Made by a program: the position numbers and the translations under genes. The notes under the pieces are model-generated. The model was given only the letters and a program-made list of their open reading frames with translations. It was not told the origin of the DNA and did no database searches. 64,000 nt of DNA from Lingula anatina (lineage: Eukaryota; Animalia; Brachiopoda), in contig CM120648.1 of the NCBI GenBank assembly GCA_051362555.1, forward strand, positions 845,721 to 909,720, written 5' to 3'. Positions 13,843 to 24,980 of the stretch are shown one piece after another. How positions within the stretch are numbered: position 1 is the first letter of the stretch; every line of letters begins with the position of its first letter.

Positions 13843-14373
13843 GTATAGGCACTAAATGAACCATTGTCATTGTTACATGATTAAAGACCCACCGCCTTTT
13901 TTGTGATTTTTTTTGCTTGCCTAACGATTAAACGTTGTCCATTTGCAATCACATCGCTGTTCATTAAAAGAATTAATATTTGTACCAAAATTCATAAATT
14001 TGACCCGGTGAGCCCAAAAGTTTTAGCAACAGTGTATTATGAGTCAATTAGAATAAGAAGAGCTTTGACAAACACTCATAATTCAGCAGTCCTTGTTGAT
14101 AAAGAAAATTACACAAGTGCTGACCTTTCAACTTGACATAAGTATCGAAAATTCACCTTGACCTTTGCATTGACCTCTCACCTTGACCTTAATCGGCGTC
14201 TCTCCCAAGCCATGCGTTATCTCCTTGTAAGTGTTCGCCGCCGTTTCGTCCGCAGTCATGTTAAACCATCCACTGTCAAAGTCGGGTCTCAGGAAACCTG
14301 CTTCTGCGTACAGTGCGCAGTACGCCAACAGTACGCAGACAAAGGACGTAGGATACGCCCTATAAGCCGCCAT
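8843..14373 (-). CDS. Secreted ~500-aa protein with three internal ~130-aa repeats and a C-terminal Cys-rich PAN/Apple-like region; uncharacterised
   Basis: Exons 14373-14182, 13778-13697, 12066-11897, 11551-11395, 10866-10710, 10286-10084, 9886-9716, 9222-8843; all GT-AG, phases consistent, no internal stops. Signal peptide MAAYRAYPTSFVCVLLAYCALYAEA. Recurrent motifs DFDSGWF/YDSGWF, HGLGETP/HTLGATP, GFIFEG/GFVFEG/GYIFNA, YAYNNDVVRIW/YGYNASSIRMW/FAYGKNSVRLW. Tail CGRECHCRPDCVAW..SCDL. Confidence 0.88.
9500..9671. mobile_element. MITE family D (TIR CCGGTGTGACAGGAATGG), intronic
   Basis: Terminal inverted repeats; homologous copy at 63498-63654; contains a short CCTAACCCTAACC tract. Confidence 0.8.
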
Positions 14374-17300
14374 TGCTTGCGATTGCAGTAATTATGGTTT
14401 CGGTTAAAAACTGGAATTAAAATTAAAAACGGCCTTCAAGTTTTGGACTGACAGTTGCACGGAGTAAAATTATTCGTGTTTAGGTATAAGCTTGCGAAAT
14501 TTTAGTCCTGATCTGTCCTTTATTTGAAAGAACAGCCATGTTTTCTTTCAGCAGTTACTTTGTTTATCGTAGTACGTACATTTCTTGTATTATTTTCTGA
14601 AATATCCACAACAAGCTTCGTTGTAAATATTAGAGATCTGCACGTTGTCCTCGTCCCCGAGTATACTCCTAATTGCAATTCACCTCTTCTACAATGTATT
14701 AAGAAAATATTTTGCTAGTTGTGCCATTAACTTAGCTTAACATTGGCACACTTCCAGACTTGGTTCCTTACAAGATATGAAATATCAACAGCTCATCTAA
14801 CGTCTTTCTCATACACAACCTTTTCAGTGTTTCAGTCCCCGACTTCCTCTTTAGAGCGTCTTTTGATGTTTTTAAAAACTAGGCTTCAGTTAAATATCGA
14901 TTTGGAATATTCAGTTGCGGCTTTCATTCAAAGCGGAATCCATAATTAATAAACCGATGTCTATACAGGTAATCTATTCAATCTTCCGTGTTTTATGACG
15001 GCAGAAAACATCGTTCGTTTCGTGTAACGGAAAAATAGTCGCAAGTTTCAGGTTGCAGACGACAACACAGCCGCACACAAGATCTAACGCAGTGTTCATC
15101 CACTGAACTTCTATCAGTTAAGATTTTTTTTTTGATACAGCAGTTTAAGAAGGAAATAAAAAGCAAATTTCCGTCTCTTTTAATATTTCCGTTTCAATTT
15201 TGTATAATTTGCATGGAATACACCATTTACTCTCGGGCAATATATACTGTACGTCGATTTGGCATGTGTGACATTCATAAACTGTTTTTCTTCCAGACAG
15301 TTGCTACAGGACGCTGATATTACATTACTTATTCTTAATCCCTCTCTTCATGCGCAATTTTTCGCTATTGACACTAAAGATGAGACATAATTTCAAGACC
15401 CAAAATTTACTGACAGCCACTTTCCTCCGCCTATACTCAAGACATTCAGTAACTGCTCATCACATTAGACATTGAAAAGTGCTTTTCATACATTTCTCTG
15501 TGCTTTTGCATTCATTATTCACGATTCCGTGTCTTAGTTTGTTGGGACAGGGAGGTTAATGGAATAGTCTCTACCTTGATCGAAAAATTCGCAACGACAA
15601 GACGGTTGAATGAGAATGCACCGATGAAGAATCGATACCATTTTCCGGCCTTTCCTTCAAGTGTTTTTGTCCGGTCGTAATTGCCTTGCTCATATATACA
15701 ACCTGGCTATTACACTTCTGCTGAGTAAATATTTTGTCACTCAATTCTCTTTTCCAACGGGTCAACACAAGATTAATTGATCATATGCAGATCACCTAAT
15801 AACGGGGCATTTAACATTACAGCCTTCACAATTTGCTAATATGCATTAAATCCTGTTTAAAACACTGTTCAGAGTATCTTATATATGACTCTATCCCAAG
15901 TTCAAGCCAGATTAATGCTTACATAAAGAATTAAACAAACAAATATAAGGAAAAAACAAGAAATGTATCCCCCCCCCCCCCCCCCCCGGCCGGAGCACTG
16001 GATGCAAAGTCCATTCCCTTTTTTAACAAAATGTAACAGATTTTACACGTAAAATGTATACATTTCTTTTTACATAAACTATCCCAGAACATTAATCTAC
16101 GTAACATTACGCGTATACAAAATGTATCATCCGAGACTTAGACTGCCATATGCATTCCATATGTTCTACGAGTCTAACGGCACAACTTTTCGTATAAACT
16201 GCAAGTATCAATACTCGATAAACGCAGATTGATGGAAAATATTCGAAGATTAAGATTGACGAATTTATCGCTCATGGATTAAATCGTTTCTAAAGATATT
16301 TAACAAGTTTTTCTCGCTATACAACATGGCGTTTAAAATTTGACTTGATCACGCGGTTCCCTTGTCAATCATCATAGCCTACAGGTAGGAAAACTCACCT
16401 TGTCTCTTTATAAACGAACATTTAACAACATCACTCAAAAGACAAATAACAACATATTTCGTCGGGAAACTCATTATCATTATGATTAAGCAATCAGAAA
16501 GTGAGCGTTATATGATTTAAGTACAAAATTAGGATAAACCTTACCTCCACTTCGCCGCGGTTGAGTGTAACAATGGCTAGCATTATAAATATTATTATCT
16601 GTAAACCGTTATTGATTACTCCGCACCTTCATGTGAAGGAAGAACAAAACGCAACTGCTTTGTTCATGTACGTCGGGCAATGTATGAATTCGATTCCCAA
16701 TCGAGAAAACAAATTTATGTTTGCTCACTATATCTCAAACCAATATGTTGCAGTTAAACCTGAACTGTGTATTCACTCGCACACGCTTATTAATAGGCTC
16801 ATACATAGTTTGAGTTGGATAGGAAACCTCTGAACAATAAGAAACAATCACAACTCTTTTTGTTAACTAACGCCCAATGAATCAAGATGTGCGAGTTCCA
16901 TGGTTATTGGAAACAGTTGCAATTTAACCTTTGCTATTGTGTTTGCTAAATAAATTCATATCACGCAATATGTGACCTCATACGACATCAGGAAAAATTG
17001 AAGTACAGAACCTGCTTTAAGTGGGTTAATGCACAAGTGCTGCGGATGATGCGCTGGAAATGTAGTTTTAAAAGAGATACAAAAGTGACACGCAAACCAT
17101 GGTAAATCCATACTGTTGTGCCGTACTGGTAGACCGCAAATCCATTGATTTCATGTCCCATGTTTTCTTCAGGCAGGTGCATACAGCAATTTTAAGCAAA
17201 TTGCATCAAATTGTTTCTTCGCAAACAAACGTTAAAATGTTTGTGTGCACGTTGACTGCGAATTATTTTCAAAACTAGCCTAATCCACGCTTTTCACCGA

Positions 17301-18568
17301 AGGACAACACTATTCGCCATTAAACATGTAATGCACATACATTTATTGGCCACAAAATACAGGCAAATATCTAATATGCTTAATGCTAAGATGTAAAGGA
17401 GTTCCAGCAAACATTTTATTTCTAAACTTATGTAGTTGCCAAACAATTATGTATTGATCTGACTTTGGAATTTTCAAAACTGCTAATTCGATTTATTTTG
17501 TACAACGATAGCGTTAACCAAATGTGCAACTTACTTTTAACAAGTGCATGTATGCATTGGTACACATTTTTCCCGCTCTTATATTTAGTCGGATGTATTT
17601 CAGGTCTTTTCGTAATCTTTTGGAAAAAATAATGATAAGATACATTATTTTCTAATATTTAATGCGCGCCATTTTGGTTGCCACAATGTCCATGTTGATA
17701 CATGTATATGTATAAGGTCGTCTTGCTGGTTACGATATGTCTTTTACCCTCTTTATCTCTTTGTCCTGCGTTTTACACTCAGGGACACAAAAAAATGATT
17801 ACTATGTTTGTGGGTATTTACAAATGCGTGGATTTCTCTGGTTTTCCACTGGATGTGCCGTTTCAGAGCTTTCACATCTAACGCATTCTGTGACGCATGA
17901 CCTGCGCTCTGACTTGCCAACCGTTTCAGTAAATCACCTGCCAAATTTCGCGTATATTTCTCGTACTTATGAGTACCTCATCATTTTTTCTCGGTCAGCA
18001 GCTATAAACTCCAAATTGCGAAGATTCTCGATTACTTTGGCTTTGGAATATCTAGCGTATAAATTTGCGAAAGTGACACATTAGCTAAAGTCTGTGTTTT
18101 GAGTGACTCAAAGGCCAAGAAATTTCAATTAGAAGTTAATGTGAAGTGTTTTGGATGTGAAGGTACATGAGTACCCAGTGTGATTAAGAGAAAGGTGTTA
18201 AAGTTTCCAGGAACAAGTCACGTCACTGTGAGCATCTCATTATATCAAAATCGATTACAGTGACTTATGACTGCACATTAATCGGGAAGTGTGGCGTGTA
18301 AACTCCTTTGCGGACACCTGCTCAAATAATTTTTGTTGATTTTGTGTATCAGATATCCTTTCCTGGTTGCTGTTCATCGACTACGAGCAGTTCCAACATC
18401 TGACCGCAAAGGTTTGTAAGAAGAGAGGGGGGGGCACATCTTTGGGAAAGGCACGAGATGCCTGTATATTCTCCTTTGTAACTTCAATATATTTACCGTA
18501 CAAGATAAGATATCATCTACCAGAGGCCAGCTGGTTGACGGCGTCCTCTTGTACTTCAAGAAGTTCGC

Positions 18569-18787
18569 TTAGGCCGCTTTCACAACCAAAGTTGATCCGC
18601 TAACTACATGTAACAAATCCGTGGATCAAATATGGCCGACCCACTTGAAAGCTTGCCGCGAAAATTGCCGCAGGATGTCTATTCAGAGTCCATTACGGGA
18701 TTATGCGACAAGTTTCCAAGTGGGTCGGCCATATTTGATCCTCGGACCTGTAAGTTCGAGGATCAACTTTTTCTGAATGCCCCCTTA
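18569..18787. mobile_element. MITE family B (palindromic, PIF/Harbinger-like ends)
   Basis: Internal inverted repeat GATCAAATATGGCCGACCCACTT / AAGTGGGTCGGCCATATTTGATC; flanked by TTA; homologous to 22230-22449 and 40750-40924. Confidence 0.75.
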
Positions 18788-19054
18788 GAATGAGCCAGAG
18801 ATATACCTGTATCTGTAAATGTCTGGTAGGACACTTTGTAATCCTCGTAGAAGGTGACGAGAAAGGGTCAGAGGTATAACAACAACGAGGGCTCCATGTG
18901 CATGCAATATGTTACTGGGACAGTGAAACACGATTCGGTTTGGATTTCCACGACCGGAAGTTGCGCAAACTTTCGTCCGGTGACATGTTTGGGATCACTC
19001 TGAGAACTAGCAAAGCGCCACCGGTATCGCCAAATGGGAGAAGGTAAGAGATTT

Positions 19055-19710
19055 TTTTTTTGTACTTGCGAAAAAAAAATTGCAAGTATATTGGTCTGTT
19101 CGTTTGTTTGTTATTTGCGGAAAAAATCGCAAAAGTCTTTTGGTCTGCTTGTATGTTTGTGTACGCGGTCGCTTTTTTGTTTCACGATAGAGGCCATAAT
19201 TTCAGACACTTTTATTTGAATAAAATGTATATTTATAATAGGTTTAGAATGAACCCTATTGATTTCCATTAAGATAATTTTTACTGTCTATATTTTAAAA
19301 AATCCTGAAGGTTTGAAAAATTAACATGGCAAAGTCCATTGAAAATTTTCGAGGAATATTTGTAAATTTAAATCTTGGATGCCCCAATCTAATCTTTTTT
19401 TTTCCACCTGTTTGTTTCACAGTAGAGGCTACAACTTAAGAGATTTTTGTTTAAATTTTCTTTGTAATTTACTGTGAGATCTACATGCGAATGCCCCCTA
19501 TTCATTTTCATAAGGATCATGTTCATTGTCTACATGTAAAAAAGAAAAAAAAAACTGAAGATTTGCAACAAAAACGAGGCAAAGTCCATTGACATATTAC
19601 AAAAAAAATTCATTTTTAATTTCGGATGTAATGTCATCAAATCGTGTGAAATGATACTTAGTGACGACTTTTGCTGCTTGGCCAGGTTTAATGGAAACCT
19701 GGCTATTAAG
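19055..19710. mobile_element. Probable non-autonomous HINE/Helentron-like repeat
   Basis: Hairpin TACTTGCG..TGCAAGTA followed by a GTTT/GTCT microsatellite-like tract at the left end; hairpin GCCAGGTTT..AAACCTGGC at the right end. Confidence 0.4.
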
Positions 19711-20010
19711 AAGATTCTTGAAAATTGGCCAATTAACACAATGAATATAATGTGTATTCTAAGAATCGGCCAATAAACATACAATAAAGACAATCTCAAC
19801 ACACTGAATATAATGAGTTTTGAAGGAATTAGCCAATCAACAAATTGGATGTAACGAGTATTGGAAGAATTGCCCATCAACACTTTGGTTATAATGAGTA
19901 TTCGAAAAATTGGCCAATCAACACATTGGTTATAATGAGTATTCGAAAAATTGGCCAATCAACACATTGGTTACAATGAGTATTCGAAAAATTGGCCAAT
20001 CAACACAGGA
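19700..20010. repeat. 41-bp minisatellite (TTGGCCAATCAACACATTGGTTATAATGAGTATTCGAAAAA), degenerating leftwards
   Basis: TGGCCAATC recurs at 19911, 19952 and 19993; decayed copies extend back to about 19700. Confidence 0.85.
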
Positions 20011-20146
20011 TAAACACGCAATCAACACGCTGGGCCCTGAGGAAGATTGGATTACTCTTAGCACCTCTGTAGACTACTTTGTTGACTGAGACGCTCCACT
20101 TGTATCCTGCCGTGCTGGGGTTTTAGGTTTGTTAGTTCTTACGCAC

Positions 20147-20410
20147 TTAGACCCCATTCCCATACCTAGATCGATCTAACAGGATCGATTAATCTCAGAG
20201 GGGTTTCTCGCTTAATTTCTTTCAGCATAAGCAGATTAGATGTCTGGCACGCCTGCTGAAGATGCTAAGCCATAGCTAATTTAGCCCCTTACAGCTTCAG
20301 TCGGCGTGCCGGACATCAAAGCCGCAGAAGCTGAAAGCACTTTTCGCGAGAAAACCCTCGGAGATGGGTCGATCCTGCTAGATCGATGTAGGTATGGAAA
20401 CGGGGTCTTA
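20147..20410. mobile_element. MITE family A, diverged member
   Basis: TIR AGACCCCATTCCCATACCTAGATCGATCT / AGATCGATGTAGGTATGGAAACGGGGTCT; central CCCCTTACAGCTT shared with family A. Confidence 0.75.
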
Positions 20411-22229
20411 GTCTAGTCCCAAACTAATTTAACACCACGCACTGTTATGAAACTGCACGGCCTCTTGACTTCCTTTCTTCACTGAGCCCCAGCCAGTTTC
20501 TAGGAAAGCCTGGGTCAAAACAGTGAAGACAGATAAACACTTATTTACTCATTTATTTCTGACTTGTTTCAACATCAAAAACATTTTTTGTAGTTAGTAA
20601 TGATTTTATTGTCAATTATCCATGACATGTAGGATTTGAAGTTACAGGAACAAAAACAATACAGTGTCAGTGATGCAATTTATTTGTTGTGATAAGTCAC
20701 CTATACTTACAGTAACATATACTGTACAAAATATTGAACCTTCAGGATTAAGGTATCTAGGTATCTCTTTTATGTATTGCAGTAAGAATGCCTTCTTACT
20801 TGCAGTTACATAAATGTTTGTTATATCTACTATATTATGGTTCGCAAGTACTCTCTCTGTTGAGAAATTTAATTAATTAATTATCTATCTATTTATTTGT
20901 TTGTTTATTTATTATTTATTCATCTAAAACGACAAGTTGATGCGTGATGTACACTGTATGCACCTGACATAAACCGTCAATATTTCTGTAAGTGTTTCTC
21001 AACAGTTTCTAATATCGCCTGAGGAAATCCGAAGCTCGTGGCGTGGTGACAGTTTTAAATTGCAACATGACTGGAGAGCAGTTGCCATGTGCTGGATTAT
21101 ATAGCGTCAATCTCGTGATGGAGACAGATCGGTATGTTGCACTCGTAAAGGTAGAAATTTACAGTAGAACTAAAGAAAATGGCTTATAAGATCCCCATCA
21201 GTTTTGCATACCATATAGCTGTAAATCATATACAAGTATACCCCACGACCACTGTTAAAATGTTATGTTTCCAATCTTTTCCAGGTACTCCTCCTTTTCG
21301 GCGAGAGTATTTTGTCAGTACCATTTGAGAAAATATGAAGATTTTTGATCCCTTGTCAGCTCAGGTTTAATATAGAGGCCCCATTTCCTGTCGTCAAAGA
21401 AAAATCCTGCGATCTAGAAATACCTGCTGTTAAATCATCGTGACAGAATATCAAATAATAATCGTAGTTCTAAAACAGGAAATTGTAAAAAGAAATTCTA
21501 GAGTTTTTTTCAAAGGTGGCCTCTGTTTCGTGTGCTCTGACGTTGTTGGCGTAAGCGAGAGTCGACGGATGTAGATAATGAGCCAACAAGGCAAGGTAAT
21601 GATGAAGGTAAATTATGACCCTCTACCGGGGCCGCTGATTCATTATACGTGCATTTTTCTTCAGTGCCACAGCAAATAATCGTGCCGTCATTTAACCAGA
21701 GACATATCTCTGAATATCTAGTGAAAAAAAATCAATTTGTGACCCTGGTAGAGGGTAAGAAAAAGGAGTGGAGGTATACTGGGGAACAATGAGAAACATT
21801 TCTAGAACATCTTGACATTCACGTGGGGATCGCCGGGTTTCACAGAAGTACGCTAAAGGGCGTATGTAGGACAATTTAGAAAGATCAACACGTTAGATGG
21901 ATAGATGGATCGAGAGCCTAGCAAAAGAAATTCCGAGAACTATACAAAATAGACGTTGAGAGTGACACAAATACATAGCTGAAAAATAAAAATTAAGCAA
22001 CACAGAAAGGTAAGTAGCTAGAGAGAAAGGGATGAGTCACTCACTTCAACAACAGGTATGGCTTTTCTTTTTAAAAATTGCGTTGCGTTTCACTGTGCAC
22101 GTTATATCACGTACTTTCCCCAACAATCGATGTAATTGAAGGTGTCTGCACATCTTCCGTTTTATCAAATTGTTTACCAATGCAGCATGAATCACCAACT
22201 TTATAAAACGATCATTGTCGTTCGTGACT

Positions 22230-22449
22230 TGGGGCTGCAAATTAGACGTTCGCAATCTAACAGACTACTAGTATTATATCCACGTATCAAATACGGCCGA
22301 CCCACTTAAAAGCTTACCGCGTAATCCCCGCTGGGAATCTTTCCAGTATCTATTAGGGGATTATGCGACAGGTTTTCAAAGGTGGGTCAGCCAAATTTGA
22401 TCGGTGGATCTATTAGTCCGCGGATCAGCTTGTTCTGAATGTTCCATTA
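22230..22449. mobile_element. MITE family B copy
   Basis: ATCAAATACGGCCGACCCACTT..GTGGGTCAGCCAAATTTGATC..TTCTGAATG, similar to the 18569 copy. Confidence 0.7.
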
Positions 22450-23673
22450 TAGTGATTACGACCACCGAATTTATGGCTTGAAGGGCGGGGTGAATGAAGA
22501 AGTTAACTGCAACCATCGCGTTCTTGGCGTTGTTGAACAGTTTGTGGTGTTTTTGTCGGCTTTCTTTCATGTCCCTGGTTTGTTCTTCCAAACTGCGAAC
22601 TTTTTTATTGTTTCGGAAAATACGAGGAACTATACCATAGTGCTTTTGGAGATTCAAAGTCGAAAAAGAGTTACACATTTTTTCTTTCCTTGAAAAGACA
22701 AGCTTCTAGACAAACGTCTCCACCACGTTCCAGAAAAGTGGCTTGAGCGTTTTGGACAGAATTTGAGGGAAGGGGATATAAGTTGCTCACTCAATGCTTG
22801 GACTATGAAACATATTGAGGGAAGTGTGCAAAATGCGTGTACGGACTGTGCCAAACGAGCAGGGGGGGGGGGGGGGTGCGGTTCGCAGTTAATGACGCGG
22901 TGCTTTAAGTCAGTATCTTTAAAATCGAAGCATGAAGTCAAGATCAAAGTATTAATCAAATCAAAAAGATAAAAGCACGGTCAGCTCTTACTTATCTACC
23001 CGGTCTCCTGACATTAAATATGAATACTTGGCAACTGAAGTCAAGTGTTAGCACTGGTTTATTCAGAATTTTGCTGGGTGTGTGTGTGTTGGAGGGGGAG
23101 GGGGGCTGGAGGGGATCAAGGCTAAAAATCGGAGATCAACACAATTCTCCTCGTTCACTATTTATAGATTCTTATACCCTTTGTACCCCCGAGCAAAATC
23201 CTGAACCCGACATTCTGGGTAGAAATATATTGCTGTAAAGGTCATGGCTTGCGTCTTCACTAATTTCAAGTAATAATTACAAATAGAATTAATTAAGTAA
23301 AAGCCCATGCAGCGAATTATTGAATTATTGCGTGCGTGTTTAATTTCGTGTTAGGAGAATGTCAAAGTCGCATACAGTTTAATTTGATTGGTTAATTTTA
23401 GGATCATGTTGTACTTTTCTGCCACGTGTATAACGCATGCAAACTAGGCTTTGGGTGCGATCCAAGAATGATGTACTAGCAATACAAATTACAGTTTGGA
23501 TCTATAATTAAAACCTGTAAGGCTCACAAAAATTGCCTAATAAGGAGATATTGATTGCTGAAATGACAAAATAGAACAGAAAATTCTGGAACCACACAAA
23601 AGACAATTAAAGTAACGAAAACAAGTCAATGTGTGACCGGTACGGAGAATTAAGGTATAGGGTACATATAGGG

Positions 23674-23900
23674 CAGAGGCGGATTTAAGGGGGCGTCAGA
23701 GGGGTCCTGACCCCCCCCCCCCTCCCCCTTCGATTTCTGAAAAGAAAAATCACACCAATTTTCCCTTCTTCAAATTAGAATTTTGACTATCTGAATCATA
23801 GTTCTAAAAGGCACCGCTCATCCTCTAAAATACCAAAAAATTTTCGGGGCTTTGCATCCGTGGACCCCCCCCCTTTCAAATAATCCTGGACCCGCCCCTG
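23674..23900. mobile_element. MITE family C (CAG(G/A)GGCGG..CCGCCCCTG ends, poly-C/G tracts)
   Basis: Short TIRs with TAGGG on both flanks; reverse-orientation homologues at ~31967-32240 and ~34804-35089. Confidence 0.75.
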
Positions 23901-23932
23901 TAGGGAAGATGTGCAGTGGAAAGCACGCGGAC

Positions 23933-24152
23933 TAAGACCCCATTCCCAGAGATTAGATCGATCCAACTAGATCGACCTAACTCCCTGGGGGTTCACGCTA
24001 AATAGCTGTCAGCCGAGCGGGCAGGAAAGTTAATTACCCCCTTACAGCTTGTAGTAGGCGGGACGGACATTTAAGCCGGATTATCTGACAGTATTCTAGT
24101 GAGACTCCCCACGGGGATAGATCGATTTAAAATCTATGGGAATGCGCCCTTA
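23933..24152. mobile_element. MITE family A copy
   Basis: TAAGACCCCATTCCCAGAGATTAGATCGAT..core GTTAATTACCCCCTTACAGCTT..ATCGAT..GGGAATGCGCCCTTA; six related copies in the window. Confidence 0.85.
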
Positions 24153-24980
24153 TTTGATAAGGGAATCCCCACATGACCTCAATTAAACCTTAGCACGGTC
24201 TTAGCACATGCACAGTGCAAATGTACCAGAACTGTTTAGTCGCACTGCAACACCTGCGTCATCCAAGGGCAGACTTTATTAACACCTGACGTTTTGGTCA
24301 AAAACAAATGTAGAAACCCCACTTGCAGAATGGAGACGAAAAATGCTTCAAGTCGATTTCATCAGATATTGGTGACATTCTAGAGCGAGATCTTAGTAGG
24401 CCTACGTGCTACACGGCAGTTCCTACAGCTCAAGCGACAGAATTGCCATGTAAACACGCCAACCTCGGCAGCGGTGTCGAGTGGTTAACACATCAACAGC
24501 GTTGCCACCAAGAAAAACACCTTCGCAGGTACACTCGCGACGTCTTTAATGATCGCATGACATACAGATTAAGAAGGCTTCCTGCGGACGACTTCAGTTG
24601 GGGGAATTTTATTAATCACCTAATCTGCCGTATGTAGCAAGTATAGATTGCCTTCGGGCTTAAACTGTGATCGTTTTTTTTCTCTCAGAGCCTTATCTCC
24701 AAGACCTTAAATCTTTGACAATCAGCGGGACTGAGGTTGTATTAAATGTAAGAGTAACAATCACGGGCGTCACTGTCGATAGATGATGCAGTAATAGGAT
24801 GTATTTGTTGTTTACCTGAGGGTTTTTTTAAGGTAAGTCAAATAAGTCAGCCAGACAGATCAAACACACGGGAAGATCCAGCTAAGGCATTGACCTTCCG
24901 GCACCTGCGTCTACTCCCCGTGGTCAATGTGCGCGAGGGATTAAGTCGTGGTATTCGGCCTCTTGCTGTGCGCAAAGGAT

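Noticed and set aside
15400-17182. Minus-strand ORFs and donor-like sites (near 16395 and 16542)
   Set aside because: Could be 5'UTR exons of the 14373 gene, but no coding chain or homology could be supported.
22046-22678. Two minus-strand ORFs (100 and 69 aa) that could be one gene split by a MITE
   Set aside because: No recognisable motif, ORF ends fall inside the MITE, and no consistent splice chain was found.
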